Below are positions 59,422 through 64,000 of a stretch of DNA of 64,000 nucleotides, piece after piece (position 1 is the first letter of the stretch; each line of letters opens with the position of its first letter). The stretch lies in contig DDRT01000016.1 of assembly GCA_002343185.1 (NCBI GenBank), positions 11,072-75,071 of the forward strand. Direction: 5' to 3'. This DNA comes from Deltaproteobacteria bacterium UBA2409 (lineage in GTDB: Bacteria > Bdellovibrionota_C > UBA2361 > DDRT01). Below the pieces are notes generated by a model, which worked only from the letters and a program-made list of their open reading frames with translations, did not search any database and had not been told where the DNA came from. A program made the translations under genes and the position numbers.

Positions 59422-60101
59422 GGTATGTTATTGGTAAGCGCGCAGTTGGATCGCTTATAAAAAATTCTCCTCATAGAATCGAAAAGTTACTTGTTGATGG
59501 TGATCTACCTAAGGGTTTTCCTAAAGACTTAAAAGTTGAACCACTAAACTTGAAAGATTTTGCTGGTCTAAACCATCAGGGAATAGTTGCATTAGTTACC
59601 CCGTCTCCCTACATAGAGCTATCAGATATTCATGAAGGACCTGTAGTTGCTCTTGATGGGGTATTAGATCCTCACAACGTTGGGGCAATATTAAGAACCG
59701 CATCTTGCTTTGGAGCTAAAGCGGTAATCTGGTCAAAAAATAGATCCCCAGGAATTACTCCAACTGTTTCAAAAGTAAGTGCAGGAGGAAGTGAGCTGAT
59801 CCCACTCTGCCAAGTTTCTAATTTGGCACAGGCTTTAAAAAAGCTAAAAGACAAAGGATTTTGGATAGTTGTAAGCACCATGGATGGAGCTGACCTAAGA
59901 CAGACAGAGATTCCTGCCCCTTGGGTTTTGGTTCTTGGTTCTGAGGATGAAGGGGTATCTAGGTTAGTTTCAGAGCTTGCAGATTTTAATCTAACGATTC
60001 CAACAGATCCCGAAGGGGTAGAATCACTCAATGTAGGAGCAGCCGCTTCTGTCCTTTTATACGAACTCACTCGACAGAGTTTTCAATCTAAAGTACCCTA
60101 A
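59418..60101 (+). CDS. TrmH/SpoU-family RNA 2'-O-methyltransferase (RlmB-like)
   Basis: SpoU motifs LDGVLDPHNVGAILRTA and LVLGSEDEGVS...IP. ATGA overlap with the preceding dehydrogenase gene. Confidence 0.75.
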   Translation: MRYVIGKRAVGSLIKNSPHRIEKLLVDGDLPKGFPKDLKVEPLNLKDFAGLNHQGIVALVTPSPYIELSDIHEGPVVALDGVLDPHNVGAILRTASCFGAKAVIWSKNRSPGITPTVSKVSAGGSELIPLCQVSNLAQALKKLKDKGFWIVVSTMDGADLRQTEIPAPWVLVLGSEDEGVSRLVSELADFNLTIPTDPEGVESLNVGAAASVLLYELTRQSFQSKVP

Positions 60102-60108
60102 GCATGTA

Positions 60109-60858
60109 GTGACACCCCTTTTTTCCGTACAAATCCCTCAGTTTGAAGGCCCAATTGACCTTTTGCTGCATCTTGTAAAGTTAAACGAACTCCCGATTGA
60201 AAAACTGTCACTTGCTCAAATTGCATCTCAATATTTTGCCTGTCTTGAGGAGATGAGAGGTTACGATCTTGATATTGCTGGCGAGTATCTAGTGATCGCG
60301 GCGACATTGCTTTCTATAAAATCATCTGTTCTTCTTCAAGAGCCAGTTGAGTTAGTTATAGATGATGAAGGCAATCTAGTTGATCCACATGAAGAGCTTT
60401 TACGCAGACTAAGAGAAGCAGCAGTTTATCATGAGGCTGCAAGGGTATTTGGCGAAACACCGATGCTTGGGCATGAAGTTTTCGTTAAAGAAGGCGTAAT
60501 GCATCTTAGTACTTCCGAAGCTCCATTAATGAAACATTCATTAGATATTCTTGAACGTGCCTTTGTTAAGGTAATAAAGCGAGCACGTGAACTAGGCAGA
60601 ACTCTTACGTTTTCATTTGATCCAGTGTCGATTTTAGATCGGATGATGATGATAGTTTCAAAGGTTAAAGAAACTGGAACCCAAGTTTTTTCACGTCTTA
60701 TTAGTGACAAACAAAGCAAAGCCGAGATTGTAGGAACTTTCGTTGCGATTTTAGAGCTTGCTAAAAGAGGTGCTGTTTCAATCTCTCAAGAAGGTGCACT
60801 AGAGGAGATTGTAGTTTCTCAAGGGGAAGTTGTTTATAAAGAGGTCGCAAACTTATGA
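60109..60858 (+). CDS. scpA: Segregation and condensation protein A
   Basis: FEGPIDLLLHLV...Y...LEEM...LDIAGEYLVIAATLL, at ScpA length and position upstream of scpB. Confidence 0.8.
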   Translation: MTPLFSVQIPQFEGPIDLLLHLVKLNELPIEKLSLAQIASQYFACLEEMRGYDLDIAGEYLVIAATLLSIKSSVLLQEPVELVIDDEGNLVDPHEELLRRLREAAVYHEAARVFGETPMLGHEVFVKEGVMHLSTSEAPLMKHSLDILERAFVKVIKRARELGRTLTFSFDPVSILDRMMMIVSKVKETGTQVFSRLISDKQSKAEIVGTFVAILELAKRGAVSISQEGALEEIVVSQGEVVYKEVANL

Positions 60859-61379
60859 ACCCAGCTGCTCTTGAGGCTATATTATTCTCCACTGGTGAAG
60901 TTGTAACCATAGAACAGCTTACATCTGTGTTCGAAGTGACAGAAGAAGAAGTAAAATCAGCTTTAGATGAGCTAGCAAGAAATATCTCAGAAAGAAACGG
61001 TGGCGTTGAACTGTTAAAGGTAAATAAAGGGTATCAGCTCAGAACTAAACCAGAATTTGCCGAGATAATCTTAAAACTGCGAGAGCAAAAACCTAGAAAA
61101 CTTAGTAATGCAAGTCTTGAAACACTTGCGGTTGTCGCTTACAGGCAACCTGTTACTAAACATGATATCGACACAATTAGAGGGGTTGATGTAGGGCCAA
61201 CATTAAAGACTTTACTTGAAAGAGAGTTAGTTGAAGTTATTGGCCATAAGCCTACCGTTGGAAATCCATCTCTTTATGCTACTACTGATAAGTTTCTAGA
61301 ACTTTTTGGAATTAACTCACTCTCAGAACTTCCTAACTTAAGAGAAGTAAGGGAGATCGAAGAGAATGAGCTCGGTTAG
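60855..61379 (+). CDS. scpB: Segregation and condensation protein B
   Basis: LEAILF...GEVVTIEQL ... SLETLAVVAYRQPVTKHDIDTIRGV: ScpB winged-helix repeats. Confidence 0.8.
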   Translation: MNPAALEAILFSTGEVVTIEQLTSVFEVTEEEVKSALDELARNISERNGGVELLKVNKGYQLRTKPEFAEIILKLREQKPRKLSNASLETLAVVAYRQPVTKHDIDTIRGVDVGPTLKTLLERELVEVIGHKPTVGNPSLYATTDKFLELFGINSLSELPNLREVREIEENELG

Positions 61380-62094
61380 ACTTCAAAAATATCTATCAGA
61401 AGCTGGAGTTGCCTCAAGACGCGCAGCAGAAGAGCTAATTACTGCTGGTAAGGTAAGAGTTAACGAAAGAGTTGTAACTAAACTAGGAACTACTGTTGAT
61501 CCAATAAAAGACGTAGTTAGAGTAAGAAATAAGATCGTAAAACCTGCAAAAAAAGGACTGATTCTTTTTCACAAGCCAAAAGGGGTTGTTTCAACAATGA
61601 GTGATCCTGAAGGGCGGCCTTGCTTAGCTGATTATCTAACCAAGCACTATCGATCCTACTTTCCTGTTGGAAGACTCGATTACGATTCAACTGGACTTCT
61701 GATATTAACAAATGATGGTGAGCTCGCTGAAAGACTGCTGCACCCACGCTTTGGAGCAGAAAGAGTTTACGAAGTTAGAGTTGCTGGGGTTATAAGGGAG
61801 CAGGATCTAAAAAAACTTTCTAGAGGCGTTAGACTAGAGGATGGTGTTGTTAAAGCAAATGCAGAGCTAATATCAAGCGATAGAGATTCGTCCTGGCTAA
61901 AAGTAAAGATCTCCGAGGGAAGAAACAGAGTGATAAGGAGAATGATGGAGAAACTTCATCATCCAGTTCTAAAACTCAAAAGAATTTCTCATGGGCCAAT
62001 TCAGATCGGTAAAATCAAGATCGGTGAGATTAGAGCTCTATCGGAAAGAGAGTATCAAGGTTTGCGCAATACAGTGCTAGGTAGAAGAGTTTAG
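61366..62094 (+). CDS. rluB: Ribosomal large-subunit pseudouridine synthase (RsuA/RluB family) with an S4 domain
   Basis: S4 domain RLQKYLSEAGVASRR and the catalytic region HKPKGVVST...GRLDYDSTGLLILTNDG. Confidence 0.8.
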   Translation: MSSVRLQKYLSEAGVASRRAAEELITAGKVRVNERVVTKLGTTVDPIKDVVRVRNKIVKPAKKGLILFHKPKGVVSTMSDPEGRPCLADYLTKHYRSYFPVGRLDYDSTGLLILTNDGELAERLLHPRFGAERVYEVRVAGVIREQDLKKLSRGVRLEDGVVKANAELISSDRDSSWLKVKISEGRNRVIRRMMEKLHHPVLKLKRISHGPIQIGKIKIGEIRALSEREYQGLRNTVLGRRV

Positions 62095-62123
62095 AGTTCG
62101 GGTGGCACTTCGTTTTTTTACTT

Positions 62124-62151
62124 GGGGGTCAGGCCGGCAGGCCTGACCCCC
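62124..62151. repeat. Single REP-like palindrome (GGGGGTCAGGCCGGCAGGCCTGACCCCC)
   Basis: Same family as the elements at 11399 and 17653. Lies 30 bp past the rluB stop. Confidence 0.8.
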
Positions 62152-62160
62152 AAGCTAACA

Positions 62161-62489
62161 TTTTCCCTGCGGGGCAGTCGGTTCAAATCACTAAAAATTC
62201 TTTGGGGTGAACGCGCGATGAGCGCGAGAGGGGCGAAGCCCCTGGGCATGAGCGCCTAGCGGCAAAAATTAAAAATTGCGGGGGCCGCGTTTTCGATTCG
62301 CTGTGCGAATCGAGATTTGAAGCTATATTTTCCCTGCGGGGCAGTCGGTTCAAACCGGAATGGATGAATTAATTGAAAAAAATTGCGGGGGCCGCGTTTT
62401 CGATTCGCTGTGCGAATCGAGATTTGAAGCTATATTTTCCCTGCGGGGCAGTCGGTTCAAACCGGAATGGATGAATTAATTGAAAAAAA
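62161..62489. repeat. Tandem array of 107-bp repeats carrying tRNA-end-like fragments: two full units at 62276-62382 and 62383-62489, plus a diverged partial unit at 62161-62275
   Basis: Each unit starts with ttgcgggggccg, identical to the first 12 nt of the tRNA-fMet 3' end on this strand. Each also contains the hairpin tcgattcgc-tgt-gcgaatcga and a T-arm-like ccctgcggggcagtcggttcaaaccgg. The third unit runs into the real tRNA at 62490. Confidence 0.8.
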
Positions 62490-62563
<74 letters not shown>

Positions 62564-62633
62564 ATAATTTTTGGTAGCGAGTTGCTCCGTGCAATCGCAA
62601 AGCGATGGAACGGTTCCCGAAGGGACAGAGCAG

Positions 62634-62659
62634 GCTACCTGGCTGCTCTACCCCGCGAT
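62634..62659 (-). repeat. Duplicated 5' fragment of tRNA-fMet (acceptor 5' strand plus D-arm), ~70 bp upstream of the intact gene
   Basis: gctacctggctgctctaccccgcgat is identical at 26/26 to 62540-62565. The adjoining sequence does not fold into a tRNA. Confidence 0.75.
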
Positions 62660-62742
62660 GTAGAGTTGGAGGCTACCATAAATGAAATTGTTGCTCAAAT
62701 AACTGGATTTTAGTGGTTAATTTCGGCTAGGCTATCCTCCTC

Positions 62743-64000
62743 ATGCTGGTTTCATTATCGCCTATAGACGGTTCAGAGGTTGGAAAAGTAAATGTAACCA
62801 CAAAATCCGAATATGATGATGTAGTAAGACGATCTCATGCAACTTTTGAGTGCTGGAGAATGCATCCAGCACCAAAAAGAGGTGAACTTATCCGGGAGAT
62901 CGCCGATAAGGTCAGAGAACATAAGGAAGAGTTAGGGCTATTAATTACTACCGAGATGGGCAAGATTCGCTCAGAAGGTTTAGGGGAAGTTCAGGAGGTA
63001 ATAGATATTGCTGATTTCGCTGTAGGGCTTTCAAGACAGCTTTACGGAAAGACTATGCATTCCGAAAGACCACAGCACAGAATGTATGAGCAGTGGCACC
63101 CTCTAGGTCCAGTTGGTGTGATAACAGCATTTAATTTTCCAATGGCTGTTTGGGCATGGAATGCTTTCATAGCAGCTGTTTGTGGAGATACGGTTGTTTG
63201 GAAGCCATCAGAGCTTACTCCAATATCTGCTCAGAGATTGAACGAGATCTGTTCGGAAGTTGCAACGCGTCATGGGTTTTCGGATCTTTTTCAGGTCGTT
63301 TATGGTGAAGCTGAAATTGGAAAATGGATCGCGCAAGACCATAGGATCCCACTTGTTTCTGCAACAGGATCAATACCAATGGGGAGATCTGTTGGGGAAG
63401 TTGTAGCTAAAAGATTTGGTAAAAGCCTGCTTGAGTTGGGTGGAAACAATGGAGTTATTATTCTTAAAGATGCAGATCTTAATCTCGCTCTAAATTCCGT
63501 TGTATTTGGTGTAGTTGGTACAGCTGGTCAAAGGTGTACATCAACTAGACGAGTTTTTTTAGAGAATGAAGTTTTCGATCAGTTTGCAAAAAAACTGATT
63601 GAAAGTTTTCAGAAAATTCACCCAGGCGATCCAAGAAGGGATGGTACATTGTTAGGACCACTTGTTTCTAAGCGAGCAGTAGACTCCTATAAAGCTGCAA
63701 TTGAAAGAGCAATCAAAGAAGGCGGAGAGCTTCTTTATGGTGGAGAAGTGTTTAAAGATTTTTATGTCAAACCTACTATCATAAAAGCCGATTCCTCGAT
63801 GTCGATAGTAAAGGAAGAGACCTTTGCACCAATTGTTTATCTCTTCAAAGTACAAAGCATTTCAGAGGCAATAGAGCTAAATAACAGTGTACCTCAAGGG
63901 TTAAGCTCAAGCTGTTTTACAACAAATATTCTAAGTGCAGAGCGCTTCTTATCACATCAGGGTAGTGACTGTGGAATTGCTAATATTAATATAGGTACCA
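62743..64000 (+). CDS. Aldehyde dehydrogenase, ALDH7 (alpha-aminoadipic / piperideine-6-carboxylate semialdehyde dehydrogenase)-like; 3' end beyond the window
   Basis: VGVITAFNFPMAVWAWNAFIA, catalytic-Glu region LELGGNNGVII, catalytic-Cys region GTAGQRCTSTRRVF and ETFAPIVYLFK. The frame is open to the window end. The start at 62743 is the first ATG after an in-frame stop. Confidence 0.8.
   Translation, partial: MLVSLSPIDGSEVGKVNVTTKSEYDDVVRRSHATFECWRMHPAPKRGELIREIADKVREHKEELGLLITTEMGKIRSEGLGEVQEVIDIADFAVGLSRQLYGKTMHSERPQHRMYEQWHPLGPVGVITAFNFPMAVWAWNAFIAAVCGDTVVWKPSELTPISAQRLNEICSEVATRHGFSDLFQVVYGEAEIGKWIAQDHRIPLVSATGSIPMGRSVGEVVAKRFGKSLLELGGNNGVIILKDADLNLALNSVVFGVVGTAGQRCTSTRRVFLENEVFDQFAKKLIESFQKIHPGDPRRDGTLLGPLVSKRAVDSYKAAIERAIKEGGELLYGGEVFKDFYVKPTIIKADSSMSIVKEETFAPIVYLFKVQSISEAIELNNSVPQGLSSSCFTTNILSAERFLSHQGSDCGIANINIGT

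Noticed and set aside
62161-62489. Possible CRISPR array suggested by the regular tandem repeats
   Set aside because: The units are 107 bp and contiguous with no unique spacers, and there are no cas genes. This is a tRNA-associated tandem repeat, not a CRISPR.
62566-62633. A second complete tRNA or tRNA pseudogene next to tRNA-fMet
   Set aside because: Only the acceptor 5' strand and D-arm are duplicated (62634-62659). The adjoining sequence lacks an anticodon arm and a T-loop (GTTCCATCGC instead of GGTTCRANYCC), so it is a fragment, not a tRNA.

Overview
The window reads as a low-GC bacterial chromosome segment dominated by secreted hydrolases (a giant subtilase, phosphodiesterases, sulfatases, glucosaminidase-domain proteins) and surface proteins (flagellin, Tad-like pseudopilins, a collagen-like protein). 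This is the profile of a predatory or host-associated lineage such as Bdellovibrionota, but the taxon call is inference only. Housekeeping genes are confident: ppa, pdxH, a YraN-family protein, rnhB, galU, a NAD(P)-dependent Glu/Leu/Phe/Val-family dehydrogenase, a TrmH-family methyltransferase, scpA, scpB, rluB, an MscS channel, an RRM RNA-binding protein and an ALDH7-like aldehyde dehydrogenase that runs off the window end. One initiator tRNA-fMet lies on the minus strand at 62490..62563. No CRISPR array or recognisable defense system was found. The observations most worth a second look are: (1) a ~400-bp structured non-coding tract next to tRNA-fMet, with three tandem 107-bp repeats carrying tRNA-end-like fragments plus an extra copy of the tRNA 5' part; (2) an IS200/RAYT-like Y1 (HuH) transposase flanked by inverted hairpin repeats, and a separate GGGGGTCAGGCC palindromic REP family at three intergenic sites; (3) a 534-aa protein joining a helical-repeat domain to a C-terminal RAP/Vsr(DUF559)-like domain, which is a FASTK-like, mainly eukaryotic architecture, coupled to a collagen-like gene and followed by a divergently transcribed pair of paralogs; (4) two paralogous glucosaminidase-domain genes whose 3' ends carry 65-bp identical blocks (gene conversion) and bracket a ~6.9-kb cassette of secreted proteins that includes a pseudogene fragment; (5) orphan TadE/TadF/TadG-like pseudopilin genes directly downstream of a two-component system; (6) a tandemly duplicated phosphodiesterase-sulfatase module linked to a CysA/ModC-type ABC transporter whose ATPase is fused to a UspA-like domain. 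All calls come from reading the sequence and recognising motifs; nothing was searched against a database.
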